DNA of 64,000 nt, from contig CBDDCX010000008.1 in assembly GCA_965226375.1 (NCBI GenBank), positions 96,001 through 160,000 of the forward strand, written 5' to 3'. The DNA comes from Longimicrobiales bacterium (lineage in GTDB: Bacteria; Gemmatimonadota; Gemmatimonadetes; Longimicrobiales; Gaopeijiaceae). Shown one piece after another: positions 1 to 9,984 of this stretch. Each line of letters begins with the position of its first letter. Position 1 is the stretch's first letter. Made by a program: the position numbers and the translations under genes. The notes under the pieces are model-generated. The model saw only the letters and a program-made list of their open reading frames with translations. It searched no databases and had not been told where the DNA came from.

Positions 1-1
1 C

Positions 2-322
2 CAGTCTCGACCGGACTCCTTCGCGCTTCTATTCGACCGCTCCCTGGACAGGGAGCGGGCCGTAAGCCTTCCCTCACGGTACGGTGTCTACCATCGGTGG
101 AAGCCCCATTACTTCGCGAGTAACGATGTGACCACCCACGGATCTCCGTACTACTACGACCGGACCGTGCCCATCATCTTCCTTGGGGCAGGGGTCGCTG
201 CAGGGGTCTCCCACGAAGAGGCGGCCACCGTGGACGTGGCACCGACCCTGGCACACTTGGCCGGGATCGAGACTCCGGGCGACCTGGATGGCCGCGTCTT
301 GCTGGAGACGCCCTCTCGCTGA
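2..322 (+). CDS. Alkaline phosphatase family protein, C-terminal part (runs off window start)
   Basis: Frame open from base 2; TTHGSPYYYDRTVPIIFLG...VDVAPTLAHLAGI is typical of alkaline phosphatase superfamily C-termini. Confidence 0.75.
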   Translation, partial: QSRPDSFALLFDRSLDRERAVSLPSRYGVYHRWKPHYFASNDVTTHGSPYYYDRTVPIIFLGAGVAAGVSHEEAATVDVAPTLAHLAGIETPGDLDGRVLLETPSR

Positions 323-339
323 GCTGACCTACCCCACCG

Positions 340-1229
340 TCACGGTTCCACGAACGGTCCGCCGTCCCTGCTCGAGCCGCCGAGCACCTCGAAATCGCCG
401 AACTCCGAGCCTATACCGATAGGACGGGAGCAGCTGGTGTGGATCTTGATGGGGTCTCCCCCGTCCACCGTGAGCGTGATCTCGGTCCCCATCTTGCCGC
501 CGTCCAGACCCGTAAATGTGAATGAGGTCCCGCCGTCCACGGTGCCGCTGAAGAGCACGTTCCCGTTCTTGTCCGTTACCACAACGATGCCCGAGGGACC
601 ATTGTTCAGCAGTGTGAGTTCGATCACGCCGCCCTTGCACTCGGAATCCGCCTTCTCGGACTTGGCGGACTTCTTCGACTTACACTTGCCGCTCTTGGCG
701 CTCCTCTTGCTGTGCTTGCTCTTCACACGCTTGCTCTTTTTGCTCGGCCGGCACTCGTCGGGCGGCGGCCCATCGCCGGGAATCCAGGTGATGACGAACG
801 CTTCGTCTGCTAGCGGTACGGTGGAGGTGACCGAGAGGGATGCGATGTCGATCCCGAGCAGACGCACCGGCGTGAGGAATTGGTCGGAGAGAGCGTAGAA
901 GACGTTCGTACTCGGATGGAAGTCTCCGTGATGAGCGATGAAGACCGGAACGACACCGATGATGGGGTCGATAGCGGTTAGAGTGCCCACGAAGGAGGCA
1001 GGTCCCAGAACAGGATCGACCGTATAGAAATGGGCGGGAAACGCGGTGTTGACGTACAGTGCGCCACCGTTATCGAAGTCAAGACCGCCGTTGCGGGTGC
1101 CGAAGCCGGTGAATACAGGGTCGGATTCGCCAACGAGCGTTGCAAGGCCCGTTGTCTTGTCAATGCGGACCAGATCATCCTCCACGGGCTCCCACCACCC
1201 GAAGAGCTGTCCGGACGCGTCGATCGTGA
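340..1229 (-). pseudogene. 5'-truncated secreted/surface protein: beta-propeller-like part, Lys/Ser-rich linker, C-terminal IHTSCS domain
   Basis: Reading frame begins exactly at the IS481 end (1230) with no native start or signal peptide; contains KKSKRVKSKHSKRSAKS linker and KIHTSCSRPIGIGSEFGDF motif. Confidence 0.6.
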
Positions 1230-1299
1230 TGTGAGCCCGAACCCTGATGGGTAACAAAAACTGAACCTTGATGGGTTACAGTTTTGGGTTACGAGAAGG

Positions 1300-1333
1300 G
1301 GAGCCATCGTGGTCTAGGATGGCTCCTTTTTTT
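1300..1333 (+). terminator. Rho-independent terminator-like hairpin, target of the group IIC intron
   Basis: Stem GGAGCCATC (1300-1308) / GATGGCTCC (1318-1326) followed by T7; intron starts 5 nt after the T tract. Confidence 0.8.
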
Positions 1334-1338
1334 AAGTG

Positions 1339-3238
1339 GTGGGCCCGGCATGGGCGATGACTTGGAGGTGAAAGTCCTCCCGGAACCTGGTCGCAGGGAC
1401 CGAAGGGAAGCGCAAGGCGTTCGTCGTGAGGCGTACGCTGAACGAAGCGTGAAACGAACCCGTGAGTCGACGAACAGGAACCGGATACGAGGTGCTGCGG
1501 ACCGGGGCGAGCGGACCACTGACCGCGAAGCTCCTGCGACCAAGGGGAAGCGGCGTAGATCCGGCGATTGTGCGGGGAAGGTCATCGTTCTTACCCGGGG
1601 AGGTCTCGCCTGACGCCTGAAAGGGCGACGCCGGCATTGCGCTGTTGGGCCTGCCGGCGGAGCGAGAAGTCAGCAGAGGCCATAGTAGGCCGACGAAGTG
1701 CATGATGCGCTTGGACCCAGCTTTGTCGGACGAAGGGCCGAACGGAGAGGAGAGTGTGACGACCGTGGATCTCGAGAAGGCCATGCGCCAGGAGTCCAGG
1801 CAACTGGAGCTCCCGCTGGAGGATAGGGGTGAAGCCCCGAAGGTAGAGGGGAGTGGCGAAGCCGGAACGGTGGCCCATGGAGACGAGCGCTCAGGAAGCG
1901 AGCATCTCCTGATGGAGGAGGTGGTCGGGCGTGCCAACCTCGTAGGAGCGTTGAAACGCGTGCGGCAGAATAAGGGCAGTCCGGGCATCGACGGGATGAG
2001 CGTGGAGGAGCTGCCAGAGTACTTGCGCAGGCACTGGGGGGAGATCCGACAGCGGTTGCTGGCGGGGACCTACCAACCGAAGCCGGTACGAAGGCAGGAG
2101 ATACCGAAGAGTGGGGGAGGGGTCCGGGAGTTGGGGATTCCGACCGTGCTGGACCGGTTCATCCAACAAGCCATCCTGCAGGTGCTGCAACCGAGGTTCG
2201 ACCCGACGTTCAGTCGGCACAGCCACGGCTTCCGGCCTGGGCGCCGAGCACACGATGCGGTGCGCGAAGCGCAGCAATACATCCAGGAAGGGAGACGATG
2301 GGTGGTGGATGTGGACCTGGAGAAGTTTTTCGACCGGGTGAACCACGACGTGCTGATGGGGCGGCTGGCAAAGCGGATCGAGGATAAGGCGATGCTGCGG
2401 ATCCTCCGTCGCTACCTGGAAGCCGGAGTCATGGCGAACGGGGTGGTGATGGAGCGGCACATGGGGACGCCTCAGGGCGGACCGTTGTCGCCGTTGCTGG
2501 CGAACGTGCTCCTGGACGAAGTGGACAAGGAGTTGGAGCTACGCGGACACGCGTTTGTCCGGTACGCCGATGACTGCAATGTATACGTGCGGTCGAGGCG
2601 GGCAGGACAACGTGTGATGCAGGCGCTGAGGCACTTGTACGGGAAACTTCGGCTTCAGGTCAACGAGGAAAAGAGCGCGGTGGCGCGAGTGTGGGATCGA
2701 CAGTTCCTGGGCTACAGCTTCTGGGTAGCGGCAGGGAAGGTCGTGAAGCGCCGGGTCAGCAAGAAGGCCCTGACGAAGTTCAAGGAGCGAGTCCGGCAGA
2801 TTACAAGCCGGAGTGGCGGGCGGAGCCTGCAACAGGTGGCGGAAGAGCTACGGCGCTACGTGCTGGGGTGGAAGGCATACTTCGGCTTAGCGGATACACC
2901 GGGGGTTTTCCGAGACCTGGACCAATGGATCCACCGCCGGCTGCGTACGTTGCAATTACGCCAGTGGAAACGGGGAAGGACAGCGTACCGGGAGTTGAGG
3001 GCTCGCGGTGTGAGCGAGAACCTCGCCTGGCGAGCTGCTCGGTTCGCGCGAAGCTGGTGGCACGTGGCCGCGCACCACGCCCTGCACACGGCCTTGCCAG
3101 GGGCGTACTTCGACGAGCTGGGTGTGCCCCGGCTCACGCCGTACTGACCTCAACTCACCGAACCGCCAGGTGCGGACCCGCATGCCTGGTGGTGTGGGAG
3201 GGGAAGGACCGGGATCGCCGGTCCTCCCCTATCCCGAT
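1339..3238 (+). mobile_element. Group II intron, class IIC
   Basis: 5' end GTGGGCCCGGCATGGG; domain V/VI GAACCGCCAGGTGCGGACCCGCATGCCTGGTGGTGT...CCCCTATCCCGAT; lies behind a terminator; flanks rejoin in frame on the opposite strand. Confidence 0.92.
1756..3147 (+). CDS. ltrA: Group II intron reverse transcriptase/maturase without endonuclease domain; start uncertain (ATG 1702, GTG 1756 or ATG 1783)
   Basis: NKGSPGIDG, RELGIPTVLDR, GTPQGGPLSPLL and RYADD motifs plus X domain. Confidence 0.93.
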   Translation: MTTVDLEKAMRQESRQLELPLEDRGEAPKVEGSGEAGTVAHGDERSGSEHLLMEEVVGRANLVGALKRVRQNKGSPGIDGMSVEELPEYLRRHWGEIRQRLLAGTYQPKPVRRQEIPKSGGGVRELGIPTVLDRFIQQAILQVLQPRFDPTFSRHSHGFRPGRRAHDAVREAQQYIQEGRRWVVDVDLEKFFDRVNHDVLMGRLAKRIEDKAMLRILRRYLEAGVMANGVVMERHMGTPQGGPLSPLLANVLLDEVDKELELRGHAFVRYADDCNVYVRSRRAGQRVMQALRHLYGKLRLQVNEEKSAVARVWDRQFLGYSFWVAAGKVVKRRVSKKALTKFKERVRQITSRSGGRSLQQVAEELRRYVLGWKAYFGLADTPGVFRDLDQWIHRRLRTLQLRQWKRGRTAYRELRARGVSENLAWRAARFARSWWHVAAHHALHTALPGAYFDELGVPRLTPY

Positions 3239-3804
3239 CATCCAACCGAGAGAGACAGGGCCAAAGTAGACGGCCCAGACGTCGTGGTCGATCTCTTCGA
3301 GGCCGATGTAATCTCCGCCGAGCAGGTGAGAGACGTTGATCCAGCGTGAGTGCCATCGGATTCCTCCGTTCGTTGAGACTTTGCGGACTTCGAAGTGAGC
3401 AGGGTAGTCGGGTGTGGTCAGCTTCGAGGGAAAGGACCGGGTCGAAGGTTGATAAGCAGAGACAGGTGGCTTTTGAGCGAGCGCTTCGTGGGGCCGGATC
3501 TCGTTGAAGTCGGTAAGGAAGGCGTTGAAGCGTTTCTGCTGGGCGGAGCGGTTTCCGGCCGGCGGGATGGTGGCTTCGGCCTTGAGGTCTTTATGCATGC
3601 GTTCGTGACGGCCATTCTGCTGGGGTGAAGCCGGCTCGATGAGGTCGGGCAGGATACCGAGCTTGATCCACCAGACCGAGAGACGAGAGAGTCGGCCGAG
3701 GGCGATGGAAGCGAAGGGGGTGCCGTTGTCGGTGCGGATGCGAGCGGGGAGCCCGTACTTGCGGCGGAACCTGTCAACGACAATGGGACACTCTACGGGA
3801 TTAA

Positions 3805-4812
3805 TTAGAGAGCAATGTCCTGTGTGGTGAGGGAAGGGATGGGAGGATTGATGAAGACGGCCTCCGGGAGCGGTTTGGGCTTCGGCACACCTCTGACGAA
3901 GCGTTCGGGATGAGCGGCCCATGCTTCGCGGAGCACGGATTTCCTGCCGGCAATGACCTGATCGGCGTTCCCGAAGTGGACCTGCTCGGGGGTTAGCATC
4001 GAGATGCCGCCATGGCGGTGCTCGGCATTGTACCAGCGGAAGAACGATCGACAGAACGTCTTGGCTTGGCCCTGATCCCCGAACCGTCCGGGAAACGAGG
4101 GATGGTACTTCAAGGTTTTGAACTGAGCCTCGGAAAACGGGTTGTCATCCGACACCTGAGGCCGGCTCAACGAGCGGGTCACGCCGAGGTCAGCGAGAAG
4201 TTGAGCGGTGCATTGGCTCGTCATTGGAGCTCCCCGATCCGAGTGCAGGGTCAGGACCCGGGGCTGGACGCCATGCTTCAGGCAGCTCTGCTGGATCAAC
4301 CGGCCGGCCAGGGCCGAGTTCTCCCGGTCCGCCACCATCCAGCCCACGACGTAGCGGCTGTAGATGTCCATGATGACGTAGAGGTAGTAATAGCTCCACT
4401 TCTTCGGCCCGAGCAGCCGCGTGATATCCCAGGACCACACCTGGTTCGGCGCCGTGGCCATCAACTCGGGCTTCTTGTACTCGGGATGGGTGCGCTGCGC
4501 CCGGCGTTCCTGAACCGGCACCTCGGAGGCCAGAACACGATACATCGTGCGTTCGCTGCACAGGTAGACCTCTTCGTCGAGCAGCGTGGCCACCACCTCG
4601 GCGGGTGAGCGGTCCACGAACCGCTCCGAACACAGCGTGTCGAAGACCTCGCCTCGTTCCGTCTCGCTCAATGCCCGGGCGGGCGTCGGGCGGGGCTGCT
4701 GTTGCCCGGTTGATGGGCCTCGACGACGGTACAACGTCGATCGGGAGACCTCGAGGGCCGCGCACGCCGGTTTTACACCGACGTGCTTAGCCAGCTCATC
4801 GGCCGCCTTCAA
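3805..4812 (-). CDS. IS3-family transposase OrfB (DDE)
   Basis: PNQVWSWDIT, DIYSRYVVGW, LHSDRG and DNPFSEAQFKTLKY motifs. Confidence 0.92.
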   Translation of the reverse strand: MKAADELAKHVGVKPACAALEVSRSTLYRRRGPSTGQQQPRPTPARALSETERGEVFDTLCSERFVDRSPAEVVATLLDEEVYLCSERTMYRVLASEVPVQERRAQRTHPEYKKPELMATAPNQVWSWDITRLLGPKKWSYYYLYVIMDIYSRYVVGWMVADRENSALAGRLIQQSCLKHGVQPRVLTLHSDRGAPMTSQCTAQLLADLGVTRSLSRPQVSDDNPFSEAQFKTLKYHPSFPGRFGDQGQAKTFCRSFFRWYNAEHRHGGISMLTPEQVHFGNADQVIAGRKSVLREAWAAHPERFVRGVPKPKPLPEAVFINPPIPSLTTQDIAL

Positions 4813-5259
4813 GAGTTTGTCCCGTCGTCGAGGCTTATCCCCAGCAGCCCCGCAACTTTTCCCTGCACGTCGATGATCAGGTGTGCCTTCCTGAGCTCAT
4901 TCCTCGAGCCGTGCGTTTCGCCGCTCCAGCTTGCGTACCTTCTCATCCAGCGGATTTCGCTCCGGCTTGCGGCCGCGTTTCTTCGACAGGGCCTTCAGCG
5001 ACCCGCTATGCGCCGCCTTGCGCCACGTCGTCAGGTGCGACGAGTACAGGCCCTCTCGCCGCAGGACTTGACCCACCTCGCCGGGCTCGGTGCACCGGTC
5101 CGCTTCTTCGACGATCCGCAGCTTGTACGACGGACTGAACCGCCGCCGTAGCGGCCTATCTACTACCTCCGGGTCCGCAGGAGCTGCCGCGCTTCGCTTG
5201 GCCTCCCCGGTTCCAGGGGCACTACCATTCTCTGCCATTCTCTCTCGCAGTCCCAACAT
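4809..5259 (-). pseudogene. IS3-family OrfA with an apparent +1 indel near 4900
   Basis: RRRFSPSYKLRIVEEAD...REGLYSSHLTTWRK; removing one base continues ELRKAHLIIDVQGKVAGLLGISLDDGTNS* across a GGGAAAA slippery motif, overlapping the OrfB start. Confidence 0.75.
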
Positions 5260-5895
5260 GTTCGTTTTCTCTGCCTTCGCCCTACTCTAATTCTTTGCGT
5301 GCTCCGTGTCTCACGTACGTTGGCAGAGAGGGCGGAAAAGGCGAGTAAAGACGCGACGGGAAGCAGAGTAGGTAGTGCCCTCGAGCCCCTGGCAGGCGAG
5401 TAGATAACGACTGAAGCCATCCTGGACGGTGAGTGGGTAGCAGTAGCGACCGTCGAGGGTCTTAAACTGACCCTTGAAGTCAGCCGACCAGATGGCGTTG
5501 GGTGCGTCGAAGGGAGCTGTGGGCCTGCCGGGATGCGGACGCCTACGACTCCTGCGCGGCTTCTTCACGAGTCCCTCACGGAGGAAGTATTTGTGGCTCA
5601 GTGGTGTGTGGATGCGCCCGGACACGATGCGGGCGATCTCCGAGGCCATCAGGTCCTTCGGATTCGTAGCGCTCGATCCACTTGTAGCCGGTCTTACGGC
5701 TGACGCCGTGGCGCAGGCAGAGCTCGGTGTGCGAGAATAGGCCACCCGTGGCCTCGAGAATGAATCGCTTACATTCGTTCATGGGATCGGTCTCCAACCA
5801 TGGCATAGCACCTCCTTGTGGAGGGCCATGTTAGGATCTGAGACGGTCACCCATCATGGTTCAGTAAACTGTTACCTATCATGGGTCAGCGTACC

Positions 5896-7477
5896 TGGCA
5901 ACGTGGCTAACCTCCTGTTGGTGCGTGCCGAGGCGCGCCAGAAGGAAGTGGCGATCCGCACGGCCATGGGTGCCGGTCGCGCCGATCTGGCGTGGTCCTT
6001 CCTCACGGAGAGTGTGACGCTCGCCCTTGTCGGGGGAGCGATGGGGGCGGTCCTGGCCTTCGGGGGCATGCGGCTCCTGCATGCATTGGGTCCGTCCAGC
6101 CTTCCGCGCCTCTCCGAGCTGAACGTCGATGCCACTGCGTTGGCCTTCGCCGCCACAGTCTCGCTGGTGTCGGGTGTTCTGTTCGGGCTGATTCCAGTCC
6201 TCCGCTACGGCGCCCCACGCACTGGGGCCGTGCTCAGGGACGGATCGCGGGGCTCCACGGGGGGCCGGGAGCGGCACAGGGTCAGGAGCGCTCTCGTCGT
6301 ACTGCAGACCGCGTTCGCGCTCATGCTGCTCATCGGATCCGGCCTCATGGTCCGTACTTTTCACCAGCTCACCAAGGTGGATCCGGGATTCGACGGTGCG
6401 AACGTGCTCACGCTGCGGTTGGCGCCACCGCCTTCGGCGTATGGTACGCCGGAGGAGCGGGCCTCGTTTTATCATCAGGCCCTGGACCGAATCGGGGCCT
6501 TGCCGGGTGTCGAGTCGGTGGGCGCTATCAGTCAGCTCCCCCTTACAGGGGCGGGCAGTTGGGATCCACTGAGCATCGAGGATCAGCTCCCCGAGTCTGC
6601 GGGCGGTTTACCGCCCATCGCTCCGGTGGCGGTGGTCGATCCCGGGTTCTTCGAGACTTTGCGCATCCCGCTGCTTCGGGGGCGGATGCTCGAGCGTCGA
6701 GACGTCACAACGCGGTCGGGAGCGGTGTTGGTGAGCCGCACCCTCGTGGACCAGTTCTTCCCCGATGAGGATCCCATCGGCAAGCGCCTAGCCCACGGAA
6801 TGCCCGATGAGGTGACACGGTCCACGGTGGTGGGGGTCGTGGGAGACGTACATCAGGAGTCCTTGAGCCGGCCGCCGTACGGTATCGTCTACTACGCCAT
6901 CACTCCGGTGGAGGGCACGAATCTGGATTACAGCACCGGGGTTCTGTCCTACACCATCCGTACGTCGGGCGGGATCGAGGGACTGCTTCCTGCGATTCGC
7001 CGGGAGATCGCCGGCCTCGACCCGAACCTGGCTATCAGCGGGATCCGTTTCATAGACGAGGTCCTCGCGGGCGCGACGGCCCAGGTGTCCTTTACCATGA
7101 TCATGCCTGCTATCGCAGCATTCATGGGTTTGGCCCTGGGCGCGGTGGGCATCTACGGTGTGGTGTCGTATGTAACCAGCCAGCGTACCCGAGCAATCGG
7201 CGTGCGCATGGCGTTGGGGGCCGGAGCCGCGCAGGTGAGGACCATGGTCATGCGGGAGAGTGCGCTCGTGACGGCGACGGGTTTGACGGTCGGCGTGTTG
7301 GGGAGCTTCGGTCTCACTCGTTTCCTCGAGGCCATGCTGTTCGGAATAACGCCGACGGATCCCGTGACGTTTGCTTCGGTGACCGTCGCGCTGCTGGGCG
7401 TCAGCCTCTTGGCCACCTACGTCCCGGCGCGCCGCGCGGCCGGAACGGATCCTATGGAGGCGCTTCGCCAGGAATAG
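5896..7477 (+). pseudogene. ADOP/MacB-FtsX family ABC permease, 5'-truncated by IS481
   Basis: Begins at internal NVANLLLVRAEARQKEVAIRTAMGA motif right after the IS end; ends YVPARRAAGTDPMEALRQE. Confidence 0.85.
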
Positions 7478-7683
7478 GGAGGCACGCTGGGGCGGTGGTG
7501 GGCCCGCCCTTGGCCCTCGGTCCTGAAGCTGTGCCATTGCCCGAGCCTTGAGTGAAATATATTTTACAGTTCATTGACCCCCTCGGTGGCGCTGCCATAT
7601 TCGTAGTTCGTCATCATGGTTGAGGACACATTCGAATCGGCTCGGATTGCACCGGGCTAGGGTGGCTGTGTGAGGAAGAGGAT

Positions 7684-9876
7684 ATGAAGAGCACTGAGGC
7701 GCTGATCTGTGCGACCCTCGCCCTGTCTTGGGCCACCCCGGCCTTCGCTCAGGATCTGATCGAACCGTTCCACACCGATTCTCCACCGGTCATCGATGGT
7801 AGGCTCGACGACGCCGTTTGGCAGGCTATCACGCCTGTCTCCGGATTCAAGACCTTCAGCCCCGACTACGGCGCCGACATGGTGGGTGACACCCATGTGT
7901 TCATGGCCTACGACGCAGAGAACCTCTACTTCGCTTTTCGCGCGTTCGACCCTGAGCCCGATCAACTCAAAGCGACGATGACGAGCCGCGACAACATCTT
8001 CGGTGAGGATTGGGTCGCCGTTAATCTCGATACCTTCGGGGACCACCAGTCGCTCAACGCGTTCTACTCCAACCCCCTCGGCATCCAGGGCGACGGGCGT
8101 TACGCGTCCGGCAACGAAGACCGCAACGTCGACATGGTCTGGTACAGCAGCGGCCGTATCGACGATCGTGGCTACACCGTCGAAATGAGCATTCCCCTCA
8201 AGAGCATCCGTTTCGCGGATACGGACCCGGTGCGTATGGGCGTGATCTTCGAACGCAAGGTGTTCCGCAATTCACAACAGGGCACGAGTCCAGAGTTGGA
8301 TCCGGCCATGGCGGGGCAGTGGTTGAACCAGATGCAACCGCTTGCCTATCGGGGCATCGAGAGCCATCGCCTGCTGGAGCTGCTCCCGGCGGGCACCTAT
8401 TCGTTGGACCAAGCCAACGAAGAGGGGCGACTCAACACCACCGAAGAGCTGGGCGAGTTCAGCCTTACAGCTAAGTATGGCCTCGCGTCCGACCTGGTCC
8501 TCGACGCGACCTACAATCCCGACTTCAGCCAGATCGAGGCCGACGCTGGACAGGTGGACGTCAACCTCAGGTTCGACCTGTTCTTCCCGGAAAAGAGACC
8601 GTTTTTCCTAGAGGGCCGCGAGCACTTCGGCATCGCTGCCACGGCCAAGTCCCATCTCGATCCTCTCCGTTCCGTCTTTTACACCAGGAAGATCGTCGAT
8701 CCTATCACGGGGGCCCGCGTCTCGGGTAGGCTCGGGAGTGCTCACACGATCGCGACGGTCTACGCGGCGGACGAGCTGCCCGGAGAGGGGTTGGAGGGGG
8801 GTACGGCGTATGCCCACGTGCCCGTGGTTCGCTACAAACGTGCCCTGGACGACGATACGTACGTCGGTGGGATCTATGCCGGTCGCGAGCTCAACGGTGA
8901 CTTCAACCGGGTCGCCGGTGTGGACGGCTACTTTCGCGTCAGCGCGTCGGGTTCCATCGGCTTCCATGGTCTCATGTCCCGGACGCAAGACGCGCTTCTC
9001 ACACCGTCAGGTGGACAGTCGATCGGTGCCTCCACCGTGGGTGGTCACGCCCTGGGTGCTCGCTTTGGAGTGGCGAGCCGCGATGTCGACTACCACGTGG
9101 CGTACACGGACATCTCCCGGGACTTCCAGGTGGACATGGGCTTCCTCACGCGAACCGGCGTGCGTCAGATCGGCGGCCAACTCAAACCCAAGTTCTACCC
9201 GAGCGCCGACTTCGTCCGCCGGATCGACCTAGACCTTTCCACCACTCAGACGCTGGATGTAGAGAGTGATCTCTGGGAGACCTCGAACAGCATCGGCCTT
9301 TCGAACTTTCTGTTCGGGAGCCTCACGGTGCGCGGAGATTATGCCTACTCGACCGAGATCTTCCTGGGCCAAGAATTCAAAACGGGTGGGTATTCAGTCA
9401 GCCTCATCAACCAGTTCTCGGACCGGATCAACGTCGGCACCGTGTTCCGTAGCGGGAAGTCGCCCTTTTATTCGGCCGATCCGTATCAGGGTCGCTCTCG
9501 GCGACTTTCGGGCACACTCGGAATGCGGCCGTCGAAAAACCTCGACGCCGAACTGCGATTCACCTACGTGGACTTCTTCCGAGAGTCCGACTCCGAGAAG
9601 ATCTACGACTATCCCATTCTCCGCGGCCGGCTCACCTATCAGATGAACAAGTACCTGTTCTTCCGGGGGATCGTGGAGTACAACGACTTCCGGGAGGAGT
9701 TGGTCACGGATTTCCTGGCCTCGTTCACCTACATCCCGGGAACGGTCATGCACCTGGGCTACGGATCCCTCTATGAGCAGACCGAGTGGGATGGCGGGCA
9801 GTTCAATCCCAGTGACCGGTTCCGCGAGATGCAGCGCCGCCTCTTCTTCAAGACCTCGTATCTGTTCCGAAACTAG
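7684..9876 (+). CDS. Secreted DUF5916 / CBM9-like domain protein
   Basis: Signal peptide; PPVIDGRLDDAVW; TYNPDFSQIEAD...FFPEKRPFFLEG; C-terminal FFKTSYLF. Confidence 0.85.
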   Translation: MKSTEALICATLALSWATPAFAQDLIEPFHTDSPPVIDGRLDDAVWQAITPVSGFKTFSPDYGADMVGDTHVFMAYDAENLYFAFRAFDPEPDQLKATMTSRDNIFGEDWVAVNLDTFGDHQSLNAFYSNPLGIQGDGRYASGNEDRNVDMVWYSSGRIDDRGYTVEMSIPLKSIRFADTDPVRMGVIFERKVFRNSQQGTSPELDPAMAGQWLNQMQPLAYRGIESHRLLELLPAGTYSLDQANEEGRLNTTEELGEFSLTAKYGLASDLVLDATYNPDFSQIEADAGQVDVNLRFDLFFPEKRPFFLEGREHFGIAATAKSHLDPLRSVFYTRKIVDPITGARVSGRLGSAHTIATVYAADELPGEGLEGGTAYAHVPVVRYKRALDDDTYVGGIYAGRELNGDFNRVAGVDGYFRVSASGSIGFHGLMSRTQDALLTPSGGQSIGASTVGGHALGARFGVASRDVDYHVAYTDISRDFQVDMGFLTRTGVRQIGGQLKPKFYPSADFVRRIDLDLSTTQTLDVESDLWETSNSIGLSNFLFGSLTVRGDYAYSTEIFLGQEFKTGGYSVSLINQFSDRINVGTVFRSGKSPFYSADPYQGRSRRLSGTLGMRPSKNLDAELRFTYVDFFRESDSEKIYDYPILRGRLTYQMNKYLFFRGIVEYNDFREELVTDFLASFTYIPGTVMHLGYGSLYEQTEWDGGQFNPSDRFREMQRRLFFKTSYLFRN

Positions 9877-9971
9877 TGTCCTGAGTCAGAAGTCCGGCGC
9901 AGAACCGAGGGGGCCGAGGGTGGATGCATCGGGTCACGAATTCCGGCGGACTTCTGACTCAGGACACTAGT
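9872..9971. repeat. 100-bp palindromic MITE-like element
   Basis: Perfect 25-bp inverted repeat ACTAGTGTCCTGAGTCAGAAGTCCG at 9872-9896 and 9947-9971 with CTAG at both ends. Confidence 0.85.
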
Positions 9972-9984
9972 GGGATGTCGGGCC

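Larger units (their letters stand above)
3765..5331 (-). mobile_element. IS3-family insertion sequence inside the IS481 transposase
   Basis: GCGG duplicated at 3761-3764 and 5332-5335; imperfect IR core CTG(T/C)CAACG..TG(G/A)GACAC; the same end recurs at 50090. Confidence 0.88.
1276..5806 (-). pseudogene. IS481-family transposase in three pieces (5806-5336, 3764-3239, 1338-1276) with an internal deletion/frameshift near 5585
   Basis: MPWLETDPMNE...GVSRKTGYKWIERY HTH; WSADFKG, IRTDNG, QNGRHERMH DDE motifs; removing the inserts restores RLF-RKYGLP and LGWM-HLKKGAILDHDGSPSRNPKL*. Confidence 0.88.
1230..5895 (-). mobile_element. IS481-family insertion sequence, degenerate, hosting two nested elements
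   Basis: ~50-bp imperfect terminal inverted repeats (1230 TGTGAGCCCGAACCCTGATGGGTAAC...; ~5846-5895 GGTCACCCATCATGGTTCAGTAAACTGTTACCTATCATGGGTCAGCGTACC) around the transposase pieces. Confidence 0.85.

Noticed and set aside
1756..3147. Reverse transcriptase as a retron, DGR or defence RT
   Set aside because: It has a maturase X domain and flanking group IIC intron 5' and domain V/VI sequences; no template/variable repeat pair was seen
3155..3922. 255-aa ORF as an independent gene
   Set aside because: Chimeric frame made of the IS3 end, the IS481 middle and the intron antisense strand
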